This document shows positions 39,074 to 48,630 of a stretch of DNA of 64,000 nt, in pieces. The first letter of the stretch is position 1. Each line of letters starts with the position of its first letter. Below the pieces are notes generated by a model. That model made no database searches, was not told where the DNA came from, and saw nothing but the letters and a program-made list of their open reading frames with translations. The position numbers and the translations under genes are program-made. The DNA comes from Chlamydiota bacterium (GTDB lineage: Bacteria > Chlamydiota > Chlamydiia > Chlamydiales > RGXB01), in assembly GCA_947494155.1 (NCBI GenBank), contig CANLTW010000003.1, forward strand, positions 61,016 to 125,015, in the 5' to 3' direction.

Positions 39074-40780
39074 CTACATTCGCTCCAGTGTCTTAAGCCC
39101 CAAAATTTCAAAACAGATTTCGAATGCTTCCAGGGTTTTATGCAATAAAGCAACCCTTGAGGACTCCTCATCTGCCCCCTCCACGCGACAATCTCTGAAA
39201 AACTCATTGAATGTTTCTGCCAGGTGATACAAATATTCTGCGATTCTATGGGGCAAAAGATCTCTTTGCACCAAGTCTAATGCCTCATAAAGCTGATAGA
39301 GAGTTAAAAGCAGTTTTCGCTCTGTGGGGTGATTAAGTGTGATTTTTTTGGCCCCTTTTTTACACCTCTTTAAGATACTCTTGATACGTACATATGCATA
39401 CAGATTGAATGCTGCCGTATTCCCTTCAAATCGCAACATCCTTTCGAAGCTAAAAATGTAATCTTTTGTGCGCACTGTGGAGAGATCGGCATATTTTATC
39501 GCATTCACACCAAGGACTTGGGCCATTTTTTCCATCTCTTCTGGACCTAATTCCCCTTTATAACGATCGATAAGAATCCCTTTGGCCTGATGAATTGCCT
39601 CTTTGATCAGATCGACCAAGCGAAACACCTCCCCTGAACGGGTTTTCATCTTTGTCCCATCTGGGTTTAAAACAAGACCGAATGGAGCATGCTCGACCAC
39701 CGTGTTTTCTGGCTGGTAGAAACCACATTTTTTTGCGGCATCAAACACCATGTGCAGATGTTGTGACTGTCCGGCGTCAGTGACATAAATGATCCTATCC
39801 GCTCTATCCTCCTCAATCCGGTATTTAAGGGCAGCCAAATCGGTAGTAGCGTAGTTATACCCTCCATCAGATTTTTGAATGATCAAAGGGAGCGGCGCAT
39901 CGTTTTGGTCTTTATACCCATCTAAAAAGACACATTTAGCGCCGTTGGATACCTCCACAAGACCCGTTTTTTCAAAAAGATCGACAACCGCCTTCAGGTA
40001 GGGCTGATAGAAAGATTCTCCCCTTTCCAGCAAATGCACATCCAAAACCCGGTAAATCTCTTCAAATCCTGAGCGTGATACATCCAGTATCTTTCTCCAT
40101 ATCCTTTGAATGGACTCCTCTTGGGATTGTAATCTGACAACCATTTCCTGAGCCCGTTTCTTGAAAGCCTGGTCCTCATCAAAGCAGATTTTGCTGGAAC
40201 GGTACCAATCCATCAGATCCGCCAGAAGACAGGAACTCAAGTCGAGATCATTTTCGATTATATAGGTGACAAGCATCCCAAACTGGGTCCCAAAATCCCC
40301 AATATGGTTAATTTTCATCACCTCGTAACCCAGAAGCTCAAATAAGCGGGATAAGGAATCCCCAATAATCGTCGATCTGAGGTGCCCCACATGTAACTCT
40401 TTAGCTACGTTGGGTGAGGAGTAGTCGATCAAAATCTTTTGAGGATTTTTGTGAAAGGGTTGAAATAGAGTGCTTGCATGCTCTTCAAGATAGTTTTGAC
40501 TCAAATAAATATTAATAAATCCAGGCCCCGCAAGCTCAACTTTCTCAATAAGAGGATGGTGGATCTTTAAAAGGATGGCTTGCCCCACATCCCTGGGGCT
40601 TTTTTTTAGGTCCTTGGCCAAAGAGAGGGCGACAGCTGTCTGGTAGTCGGCTGTTTGCGGAGGTTTCGAACGTAAAATTTCTGGATTTAAAGAAATTTCT
40701 AACGCTTCATGGACAGCTTTTTTAAAAATTTCTTGCAACAATTGTTGCAATTGGCATGGGCCCAAAGAGATGTTTTTCAT
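39074..40780 (-). CDS. argS: Arginyl-tRNA synthetase
   Basis: DYSSPNVAKELHVGHLRS, KSDGGYNYATTD, KMKTRSG motifs. Confidence 0.98.
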   Translation of the reverse strand: MKNISLGPCQLQQLLQEIFKKAVHEALEISLNPEILRSKPPQTADYQTAVALSLAKDLKKSPRDVGQAILLKIHHPLIEKVELAGPGFINIYLSQNYLEEHASTLFQPFHKNPQKILIDYSSPNVAKELHVGHLRSTIIGDSLSRLFELLGYEVMKINHIGDFGTQFGMLVTYIIENDLDLSSCLLADLMDWYRSSKICFDEDQAFKKRAQEMVVRLQSQEESIQRIWRKILDVSRSGFEEIYRVLDVHLLERGESFYQPYLKAVVDLFEKTGLVEVSNGAKCVFLDGYKDQNDAPLPLIIQKSDGGYNYATTDLAALKYRIEEDRADRIIYVTDAGQSQHLHMVFDAAKKCGFYQPENTVVEHAPFGLVLNPDGTKMKTRSGEVFRLVDLIKEAIHQAKGILIDRYKGELGPEEMEKMAQVLGVNAIKYADLSTVRTKDYIFSFERMLRFEGNTAAFNLYAYVRIKSILKRCKKGAKKITLNHPTERKLLLTLYQLYEALDLVQRDLLPHRIAEYLYHLAETFNEFFRDCRVEGADEESSRVALLHKTLEAFEICFEILGLKTLERM

Positions 40781-40810
40781 TAAATTTGTCTGATTTAACT
40801 CGTGCTGAAG

Positions 40811-40853
40811 AGCATAACAGCTACTTGATTATAATCAAAGAATTGGGTAAAGT
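40811..40853. promoter_or_regulatory. Back-to-back promoters sharing the palindrome TTGATTATAATCAA (40825-40838)
   Basis: + strand TTGATT-N17-TAAAGT; - strand TTGATT-N16-TATGCT. Confidence 0.55.
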
Positions 40854-40887
40854 AGCTTATTCCATTTAGAATACCCAAGAGGTTTAG

Positions 40888-41634
40888 ATGACAACCGCGG
40901 TCATTTCATCAACACTTATCGAAGAGCTTAAGAGCTTTTTTAAAAAAAACCGCAAACCGGACCTGATCACCTCCTATCTTTTTTACCTTGAAAAAAAGCA
41001 CCACCTCAATCCGGTCATCTTTATCAAGGAAAAGAGGATTTATAAGAGCAAGGAGGAGCTGATCCAATTTCTCGAAAAACAGGGGAAACTCTGGCGGGAA
41101 ACGGAGATCAAAATCCAGATCGGTGAACCCGAGGTGAACAGCCTCACCAAAAAAATTTATATATGCCCGTTTTCCGGGAAGGTTTTTGGGGACAACACCC
41201 ATGCCAACCCACAAGACGCTATCTATGACTGGGTCTCCAAATGCAAAGAAAACACGGAACGTGTTGACGGTCAGCGTGTGAAGAGATTCTTCGTCTCGGA
41301 AGATCCTGAAGTAATCAAAAACTACATTAAGCCCCAAAAAGTTGCCCTGAAAAAAACTGTTTTTTCTTCCGCTGTTACAGGCAAGCTATTTGCAAACAAA
41401 GCAAGCGTAGTAGAAGATTTTGTCCTTCATCAGCTCAAGTCTATCCCCTTAGCCGAAGTCCCCTCACAAAACCGCTACGAAATTCAAGAGGATTTTTTAA
41501 AGTTTATTGAGGAGAACCTCAAAGAAACGCAAATTTCCAGTTTCGTCGAGGCGATGAGCCAATACTCCGATTTCTCCAAATTCGTTGCTTCGTGGCTTGA
41601 AGAAGGGGAGCAAGAGGATGCAGCTGAAGTCTAA
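40888..41634 (+). CDS. Conserved chlamydial protein (DUF2709-like)
   Basis: KIYICPFSGKVFGDNTHANPQDAIYDWVS motif; upstream of tsaE as in Chlamydia. Confidence 0.8.
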   Translation: MTTAVISSTLIEELKSFFKKNRKPDLITSYLFYLEKKHHLNPVIFIKEKRIYKSKEELIQFLEKQGKLWRETEIKIQIGEPEVNSLTKKIYICPFSGKVFGDNTHANPQDAIYDWVSKCKENTERVDGQRVKRFFVSEDPEVIKNYIKPQKVALKKTVFSSAVTGKLFANKASVVEDFVLHQLKSIPLAEVPSQNRYEIQEDFLKFIEENLKETQISSFVEAMSQYSDFSKFVASWLEEGEQEDAAEV

Positions 41635-42058
41635 ATCTTTAGACCAGACTGCACAGATTGCAGCTCTTGTAGCAAAAGAAATTCCCCAGACTCCCTGCCT
41701 GCTTTTACGAGGTGGGCTTGGAGCCGGAAAGACCACATTTTCTAAATATCTCATCCACTATTTGACCGGCACACCCTTGGAGGAGATTACCAGCCCCACC
41801 TACTCTTACGTCCATGTTTATGACAAAAAATTGGCCCACTTTGATCTCTACAGAGTCCCCTCGCAGGATTATCTTGAAGAGCTCGGCCTTATTGAGCTCC
41901 TATCCGACCCTTGTGTCATAAAAATAATTGAATGGCCCGATATAGCACTTTCGCTATTGCCCGCAAACCGCTTAGAGATTACAATAGATAGCTCGGACTC
42001 CGAAGAGAGAGGGTTTTCTTTCTCTTTCCCGTTGGTTAAGCAGGACTGTAGGGTCTAA
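41618..42058 (+). CDS. tsaE: tRNA threonylcarbamoyladenosine biosynthesis ATPase TsaE
   Basis: GGLGAGKTT, SPTY, HFDLYR, IEWP motifs. Confidence 0.93.
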   Translation: MQLKSKSLDQTAQIAALVAKEIPQTPCLLLRGGLGAGKTTFSKYLIHYLTGTPLEEITSPTYSYVHVYDKKLAHFDLYRVPSQDYLEELGLIELLSDPCVIKIIEWPDIALSLLPANRLEITIDSSDSEERGFSFSFPLVKQDCRV

Positions 42059-42060
42059 AA

Positions 42061-42681
42061 ATGAAGAAAATAAATTTTAAAAATTCCCGTTTTGTAAACA
42101 CATTTGTCTCATTGCCTCTCAAAGGGATACACCCGACGCTGCCCCGTTTTTGCTTTGTTGGGCGCTCCAACGTGGGGAAATCTTCTCTCATAAACCACCT
42201 CTGCGACCAGCAAAGGTTGGCAAAAGTTTCAGGTGTGCCTGGAAAAACGCAGGCGATCAATCTGTTTGCTGTTGATGAACAAATCTACCTTTTCGATCTT
42301 CCCGGTTACGGCTTCAGCGAAACCGGCAAAAACTTACAAAACAGCTGGGGTAAATTAATGGAGGGGTTTCTTCTAGAGTATCGCCCTCATGTTCTATTGC
42401 TTACCGACAGCCGCCATCCCCTTTTTGCGTCCGATGAGCAGATGATGGATTGGCTCCATCTCCATGATATGCCCTATACACTGATTGCAACGAAAGCAGA
42501 TAAACTCAACACCTCCTCAAAACACAAAAAAACTGTCGAAATCCAAAAAAAATTCGCGTCTCCTACGCTGTTTTATTCTGTTCATAGTGTCGAAGGGAAA
42601 CATTCCCTACTGCAAAATATCCAAAAAATTTGCCAAGAACAATCGGCTTTGAAAGAATCACCACAACCGGCTTTAGCATGA
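42061..42681 (+). CDS. engB: Ribosome biogenesis GTPase EngB/YihA
   Basis: GRSNVGKSSLIN, PGKTQ, DLPGYG, TKADK motifs. Confidence 0.94.
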   Translation: MKKINFKNSRFVNTFVSLPLKGIHPTLPRFCFVGRSNVGKSSLINHLCDQQRLAKVSGVPGKTQAINLFAVDEQIYLFDLPGYGFSETGKNLQNSWGKLMEGFLLEYRPHVLLLTDSRHPLFASDEQMMDWLHLHDMPYTLIATKADKLNTSSKHKKTVEIQKKFASPTLFYSVHSVEGKHSLLQNIQKICQEQSALKESPQPALA

Positions 42682-43433
42682 AACCCCTCACTGAAGAAAA
42701 ATTTATTTGTATCGATGTAGAATCTACCGGGCTAGATTTGGAAAAGGACCGCATCTGCGAAATCGCTGCAGTACAATTCTCCTTAAACGAGGAGTTTGAC
42801 GCCTTTGAGAGCCTGATCCAACCCGAGGTAGAGATTCCGCAGGAGGTGATTGATATTCACCACATCACTAACGAGATGTGCAAGGATGCCCCTAAAATTG
42901 AGACTTTCCTTCCCCGACTAAAAACGATGATCGACAACCATGTGATTGTCGGGCATGGCATCTCTTTTGATATCGGGATGTTGAAAAGCGCTTTTCAACG
43001 AGCAGGCCTAAGCCATAATTTTGATAAATCTCGCGTAATCGACACATTGCGACTGGCGCGCCTTTACGGCGAGAGCCCCTCAAACTCTTTAGAGGTATTA
43101 CGGCGCCACTTCAATGTCGATGAGGAGGGTGCGCATCGGGCAATGAACGATGTCCGCGTAAATATTCAAGTCTTTAAACGTTTGATTCGAAAATTTAAAT
43201 CTGTTAAAGAGATATTAGAAAGGCTACAGGCTCCTATTCTTTTAAAAAATATGCCCCTAGGCAAGTACAAAGGGCGCTCCTTTAATGAGATCCCTATCAA
43301 CTACCTGATTTGGGCGTCAAAACAGGACTATGACGCGGACTTAAGTTTCAGCATTAAAGAAGCCATTAAAAAAAGCAAATCAAAAGGGGGATTCCTCCGC
43401 GCAAATTCGCCTTTTAGCGGACTGGATTTTTAA
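42678..43433 (+). CDS. dnaQ: DnaQ-like DEDDh 3'-5' exonuclease with C-terminal MPLGKYKG domain
   Basis: IDVESTG, HGISFD, HRAMND motifs; ATGA overlap with engB. Confidence 0.88.
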   Translation: MKPLTEEKFICIDVESTGLDLEKDRICEIAAVQFSLNEEFDAFESLIQPEVEIPQEVIDIHHITNEMCKDAPKIETFLPRLKTMIDNHVIVGHGISFDIGMLKSAFQRAGLSHNFDKSRVIDTLRLARLYGESPSNSLEVLRRHFNVDEEGAHRAMNDVRVNIQVFKRLIRKFKSVKEILERLQAPILLKNMPLGKYKGRSFNEIPINYLIWASKQDYDADLSFSIKEAIKKSKSKGGFLRANSPFSGLDF

Positions 43434-43436
43434 ACC

Positions 43437-44615
43437 ATGACAGTGCTTAACGAACTAAAAACTCTATCGAAGATGCCCTGTGAGGGCACCGTCCTTTTAA
43501 GGGTCGACTTGAATGTTCCTATCAAAGAAGGATCCATTTTGGATGACTCAAAAATTCGTGCGTGCTTACCCACCATCGAGTTTCTCCAGGCTAAATGCAA
43601 AGACACAAAAATAGTGATCTTGAGCCATTTAGGACGGCCCGATGGCTCTGATGATAAACTTAGTTTAAAGCCTGTTCAGGAGCGTTTGAGCGAACTTTTA
43701 GAGCGGGAAGTACTTTTTTGCAAAGAGTCGATCGGGCCGGAACCAAAGTACTTGATCCATCAAGCCAAACCCGGTTCCATCATCCTGTTAGAAAACTTGC
43801 GCTTTTATCCCGAGGAGAAGAAAGGCGACTACAATTTTGCAAAACAGCTCAGTGAGCTTGGGGATGTCTATATTAATGACGCCTTCGCCGTAAGCCACCG
43901 TAATGATGCCTCAATCGCCGTTTTGCCCGAACTTTTCCCAAAACTCTCTTTTGCTGGCTTCCTTTTGGACAAGGAAATTCTTTTGCTAACACGCACCTTC
44001 AAAAAACCGGAGGCCCCTTTTGTCGCTATTATCGGGGGCTCTAAACTCTCCTCCAAACTCCCCCTTATCGAATCGTTACTTGAGAAAGCCGAGACAGTGA
44101 TTATCGGGGGTTTGATGGCCTATACGTTCCTTAAAGCTCGCGGCGAAGAGGTGGCAGATACGCTTGTTGAGGAGGAATTTTTAGATCAGGCGAGAAAAAT
44201 TTACCTAAGTCGCGATGGGAAAAAAATTGTGCTCCCCGTCGATCAGGTTTGCAAAAACAGCCTAGGGGAAGTTTCCGAAGTTGGTTTTCCCATGCCAGAG
44301 GGTACAATTGCCTGCGATATAGGTTCTAACTCCGTAGAGCTTTTCAAAAAAATACTTTCTACGTCTAAAACTGTTTTATGGAACGGACCTTTGGGCATTT
44401 TCGAGGAGCCCCCCTTCGGCGAAGGGAGTCGGGCACTGATCCAGTTCCTCGACGGACTCAAGGCCACAAAAATCGCTGGGGGCGGCGACACTCTCCATAT
44501 GGTCGAAACCCTTGCCGGCAAGCATGCTTTCAGCTGGCTCTCCACTGGGGGTGGGGCTATGGTAGAGTTCATCACACACATGGACCTCCCCTCGTTGCGC
44601 TGGCTTAGCGAGTAA
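43437..44615 (+). CDS. pgk: Phosphoglycerate kinase
   Basis: RVDLNVP, SHLGRP, LLENLRF, WNGPLG.FE, STGGGA motifs. Confidence 0.97.
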   Translation: MTVLNELKTLSKMPCEGTVLLRVDLNVPIKEGSILDDSKIRACLPTIEFLQAKCKDTKIVILSHLGRPDGSDDKLSLKPVQERLSELLEREVLFCKESIGPEPKYLIHQAKPGSIILLENLRFYPEEKKGDYNFAKQLSELGDVYINDAFAVSHRNDASIAVLPELFPKLSFAGFLLDKEILLLTRTFKKPEAPFVAIIGGSKLSSKLPLIESLLEKAETVIIGGLMAYTFLKARGEEVADTLVEEEFLDQARKIYLSRDGKKIVLPVDQVCKNSLGEVSEVGFPMPEGTIACDIGSNSVELFKKILSTSKTVLWNGPLGIFEEPPFGEGSRALIQFLDGLKATKIAGGGDTLHMVETLAGKHAFSWLSTGGGAMVEFITHMDLPSLRWLSE

Positions 44616-44671
44616 AAATTTTTTTAATCCTAAAGGATTTATAAAAATCTGATCAAAAAAACTCTGTGTGA

Positions 44672-44699
44672 TTGTCAAATATCGGAAAACCTTTATAAT
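44672..44699 (+). promoter_or_regulatory. Sigma66-type promoter for the nucleotide transporter operon
   Basis: TTGTCA-N16-TATAAT. Confidence 0.6.
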
Positions 44700-44728
44700 G
44701 GTATCCTGTCTTAGCCCTGTGGTAGATA

Positions 44729-46300
44729 ATGACAAACGCGTCTGCGGTTCAATTTGGTAGAATCCGGTCAACTTTATGGCCGATTCACGCTCATGAATTA
44801 AAAAAATTCATCCCCATGTTAATTATCTACGCTCTTATCGTATTTAATTACAGTATTTTAAAGACAACAAAAGACACCCTTGTAATGACGGCAAAGGCCT
44901 CAGGGGCCGGCACCATACCCTTCATTAAGGTGTGGGTTCTGATGCCCATGACACTGTTTGTCACCTACTTATACACTAAAATTGCCAATAAGTTCCGTCG
45001 TGAGCAGATTTTTTACATCATGATGTCCCTTTTTGTCGGCTTTTTTGCCCTATTTGCTTTTGTCTTGTACCCTTTTCAAAATTTTATTCACCCTCACCAG
45101 CTGGCAGATACCCTCCAAAGCTACCTGCCTAGTGGAGCCCAGGGGCTTATTGCGATGTTACGAAACTGGAGCTTTACCCTCTTTTATGTGATGGCCGAAC
45201 TCTGGGGCACCACTATAATGACAGTGCTATTCTGGGGTTTTGCCAACGAGGTCACAAGCGTCTCGGATGCAAAACGCTACTATGCTATCCTAGGGGTTGG
45301 GGCCAACATTGCTACTATGCTTGCCGGAGAAGCGATCGGCTACCTCTCCTCAGGCTCTCTTGTGCTACCCTTTTATGAGGGGGATAGCTGGGGGCAATCG
45401 CTCTCTCTCATCTCTTTAGTGATTGTTTTAAGTGGCACCGCCTCTATGTTCCTGTTTCGCTATATCAATCACTCGTTTTTTTCCCATGAGATGAAAAGCA
45501 ACCCCTTAAAACCCGAACCTGAGAAGGTGCGGATGGGGATGCGCAAAAATTTTGCCTATCTAGCTAGATCCCGCTATCTGATTTATATTGCGATTATTGT
45601 TCTATCCTATAATATTTCCTTGAATATGATCGAAGTTGTCTGGAAGGATCAAGTGCAACAGCTCTACCCAAATCCAACTGAGCAAAACGCTTTTTATGGA
45701 AGAGTGATCTGGTGGATTGGCGCTATGTCTACATTCTTGTCCCTCGCTGTCACAGGGCCAGTCACACGCCGTTTTGGTTGGACCACAAGCGCTCTTGTCA
45801 CTCCGGTGATCCTCCTCATCTCGGGCGCCCTATTTTTCATGTGCCACTACTTCCGTGAAACACCCTTTTTACACCACTTTTCCTATGTACTTGGGGCAAC
45901 TCCGCTGATGCTGATTGTCCTTATAGGCTCGATGCAAAATGTTTTCTCCAGAGCGTGCAAATTCACCTTCTTTGATACAACCAAAGAGATCGCCTTTATA
46001 CCGCTATCCCCAGAGTCGAAACTTAAGGGAAAAGCGGCGATCGATGGAGTCGGCTCTCGCCTTGGAAAATCGGGAAGCGGACTTATCCACCAATCCCTTA
46101 TTATCACACTAGGATCTGTCTCGATGAGCACCCCTGTGGTTGGAGTCTTTTTGGGTCTGTTCTTCATCAGTTGGATCTCTGCAGTAAAATCTTTAGGTAA
46201 ACAGTTTGATGAGCTCTCCCATACTCCAAATGAACCTACGCCGGCTACGCCTGAGGCTGTGCCTCCGAGCGAAACCGATGAAACACTCGTACGGGCGTAA
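44729..46300 (+). CDS. npt2: NTT/TLC nucleotide transporter (Npt2-like by synteny with pgsA-sohB-polA)
   Basis: WPIH.HELKKF.PM, KDTLV, FYVMAELWG, FWGFAN, KGKAAIDGVGSRLGKSG motifs. The substrate class cannot be fixed from sequence alone. Confidence 0.85.
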   Translation: MTNASAVQFGRIRSTLWPIHAHELKKFIPMLIIYALIVFNYSILKTTKDTLVMTAKASGAGTIPFIKVWVLMPMTLFVTYLYTKIANKFRREQIFYIMMSLFVGFFALFAFVLYPFQNFIHPHQLADTLQSYLPSGAQGLIAMLRNWSFTLFYVMAELWGTTIMTVLFWGFANEVTSVSDAKRYYAILGVGANIATMLAGEAIGYLSSGSLVLPFYEGDSWGQSLSLISLVIVLSGTASMFLFRYINHSFFSHEMKSNPLKPEPEKVRMGMRKNFAYLARSRYLIYIAIIVLSYNISLNMIEVVWKDQVQQLYPNPTEQNAFYGRVIWWIGAMSTFLSLAVTGPVTRRFGWTTSALVTPVILLISGALFFMCHYFRETPFLHHFSYVLGATPLMLIVLIGSMQNVFSRACKFTFFDTTKEIAFIPLSPESKLKGKAAIDGVGSRLGKSGSGLIHQSLIITLGSVSMSTPVVGVFLGLFFISWISAVKSLGKQFDELSHTPNEPTPATPEAVPPSETDETLVRA

Positions 46301-46305
46301 CAAAA

Positions 46306-46908
46306 ATGGTAGAGGTATTCACGCAAAAACTCCATGACCTCGCAAACCAATACCCCGATTTAGCCCCTCTTTTGGTCTTTTTTTGCATAGCCTGTTCAAG
46401 CCTCACCTTCGTTGTAAGCCTGGATTTGCTCATTTTTACCGGTGCGATGATAGCGGTCTATTTTGAATCTTTTACCCCATTTTTCTTTGCCTGCTACCTG
46501 GGAACCTTTTTTTGCGGGCAGGTGGATTATTGGATAGGCCGATTCGTTGGGCTTCCCCTTTTAAAAATAAAAAAAATCTCAAGGTTTCTACCTCAAGAGC
46601 GCCTTGATCTAATCCAAAGCTTCTTCCATAAATATGGAGGCTTGACGTTTGTCGTAGGTCGATTTATCCCTTTTGGCTTTCGTCTAGCAATGTTTATTGG
46701 GGCTGGAATGTTTAAATTCCGCTATTTAAGGTTTGTTTTAATCGATTTAGTGGCTTCATTTATTTGGACAATTTGCATCTTCAGCCTGTTTTACCAGTTC
46801 GGGTCGAACACAGACCAAATAAAAGAGAAATGGATTTTTTTCCTCCCTATTATAGCCCTTTTGGGTCTATTTTATGTATTTATACGGCGAAAAACGCAAA
46901 AGTTATGA
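46306..46908 (+). CDS. DedA-family membrane protein
   Basis: YWIGR, F.KYG....VGRFIPFG.R....GAG motifs. Confidence 0.85.
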   Translation: MVEVFTQKLHDLANQYPDLAPLLVFFCIACSSLTFVVSLDLLIFTGAMIAVYFESFTPFFFACYLGTFFCGQVDYWIGRFVGLPLLKIKKISRFLPQERLDLIQSFFHKYGGLTFVVGRFIPFGFRLAMFIGAGMFKFRYLRFVLIDLVASFIWTICIFSLFYQFGSNTDQIKEKWIFFLPIIALLGLFYVFIRRKTQKL

Positions 46909-47420
46909 GATATCTACCAACGATGCTTTCGCTGACAAGGATTCCTTTAGCTCTAGCGTTTCTAACGACAAGCTTTGAAATCCGCTTGGCGGCTATCTTC
47001 CTTGCAGCCCTTTCCGATTTTTTTGACGGCTGGGTAGCGAGACGCTTTGGGCTGGTTTCCCGTCTTGGGGCTATTATGGATCCTTTAACAGATAAATTTT
47101 TTATCCTTTTTGTCTCTACCGTGCTCCTTTTGGAAAAAGATTTTCACCCCCTTTTTTTTGCCCTCTTTTTTTTACGTGATGTAGTGCTGCTTTCCCTTTT
47201 GATTTATTACAAAAAATTTCTCAAATCTGCCGAGGTGGGGTCCAACTTTTATGGGAAACTGATCACTTTTTTGCAGTTTATTGTCCTGATAACAACGATC
47301 TGGGGAGTGGACTATTTTCAGTACCTGACCCTGCTTTTTCCCTATTTATCTTTTAAATATGGGCAAATGATTCGCAGGCATCTCTCTTCCTCTGAACAAA
47401 AACCCCTTTTTCATTCCTAA
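46905..47420 (+). CDS. pgsA: CDP-alcohol phosphatidyltransferase (PgsA-like)
   Basis: DFFDGWVARR....S.LGA.MDP.TDK motif; ATGA overlap with dedA. Confidence 0.85.
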   Translation: MRYLPTMLSLTRIPLALAFLTTSFEIRLAAIFLAALSDFFDGWVARRFGLVSRLGAIMDPLTDKFFILFVSTVLLLEKDFHPLFFALFFLRDVVLLSLLIYYKKFLKSAEVGSNFYGKLITFLQFIVLITTIWGVDYFQYLTLLFPYLSFKYGQMIRRHLSSSEQKPLFHS

Positions 47421-47526
47421 AAAAGTAAATTTTACGCTAAAATGAGAAAAATCTTCTCTTGGCGATCTCCGAGTGGAAGGCTTTTGAGAACAAACTGCAC
47501 TATCTAATTTTAAGAGAGGTACATCC

Positions 47527-48573
47527 ATGAATTTCATACGTGAGTCGATCTTTTCCTCCGCTTTGCGAGCTTTTTCCTCCGCATTCCTAGGAATTTTTGG
47601 GGCTTTACTGGGTCTAGGTGTTTTTTTTACCATCCTCTCGATTACCCTCTTTTCCCCGAAAGATGCTCCCCCACCCTCCTACGTCTTTCAAAACCAACCA
47701 CGCGCGGACGGGACTTTAAGCAATAAAATTACCGATCCCATTCTTTTGCGGATAAACGTGGATTCTACGATTGGCACACCGAATTGTAACGACGACCTGC
47801 TCAATAATCTGATATTGCAGATGGATCAACAGTTTCTCCCAGGACAGCTTAAGGGTATTTTAATTTACTTCAATACTCCCGGTGGTAGTGCGATCGATTC
47901 GTACAACATGTATACCTCGCTCAAACAACTTAAAGAAAGACTTAAAATTCCCGTGTATGGTTTTGTTGATGGGATGTGTGCCTCAGGGGGGATTTTTATC
48001 TCCAGCGCTTGTGACAAAATGTTTTCTACTCCCCCATCTGTTCTCGGGTCTGTGGGTGTACGCTTAGGTCCATTTTTCAACTTCAATACCCTATTGAATA
48101 ATTACGGGGTGCAAGCGCTCAATTTAGGTACAAAAAACAAAATCCACTTAGACTACTTCACTCCATGGACTCCGGAGGATCAAGATTTCTTTAAGCCTCT
48201 TATGGACGGTATGTACAACCAATTTGTGGATGCAGTCGTAGATGGCCGAACCCCTGAGGGGATGACTAAAGACCAGTATAGGGCAAAATTAGTCGAGATC
48301 GGTGCGAATATCTACTTGTCAAAAGATGCGGTGCAATTTGGTTTCACCAATGAACCCGAAGCGACCCTCTCTTCCTCGCTTACGGCATTGGTACAGGCCG
48401 CAGGGATTCAAGACAACAACTACCGTTTTTTAATGGCACTCTACATCCCCCCTTTCCAACTAGGTGGAATCCAGTCGGTTTTACAATCGGGGAAGGTTGT
48501 GCATGAGTTGAAACTTGCTGGACACGAGACTCCCGAAATCAAAAATGACAAGTTCTTAGCGATGTATCCATAA
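47527..48573 (+). CDS. sohB: S49-family peptidase (SohB/SppA-like)
   Basis: N-terminal TM helix, NTPGGS, CASGG, GSVGV motifs. Confidence 0.85.
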   Translation: MNFIRESIFSSALRAFSSAFLGIFGALLGLGVFFTILSITLFSPKDAPPPSYVFQNQPRADGTLSNKITDPILLRINVDSTIGTPNCNDDLLNNLILQMDQQFLPGQLKGILIYFNTPGGSAIDSYNMYTSLKQLKERLKIPVYGFVDGMCASGGIFISSACDKMFSTPPSVLGSVGVRLGPFFNFNTLLNNYGVQALNLGTKNKIHLDYFTPWTPEDQDFFKPLMDGMYNQFVDAVVDGRTPEGMTKDQYRAKLVEIGANIYLSKDAVQFGFTNEPEATLSSSLTALVQAAGIQDNNYRFLMALYIPPFQLGGIQSVLQSGKVVHELKLAGHETPEIKNDKFLAMYP

Positions 48574-48587
48574 GCTACCCGTCATAC

Positions 48588-48611
48588 AAAGGGGCATTTT
48601 GCCCCTTTTTT
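48588..48611 (+). terminator. Intrinsic terminator after sohB
   Basis: AAAGGGGCA-TTT-TGCCCCTTT followed by T tail. Confidence 0.65.
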
Positions 48612-48630
48612 AATCTAAGGCCCCTTTTTC

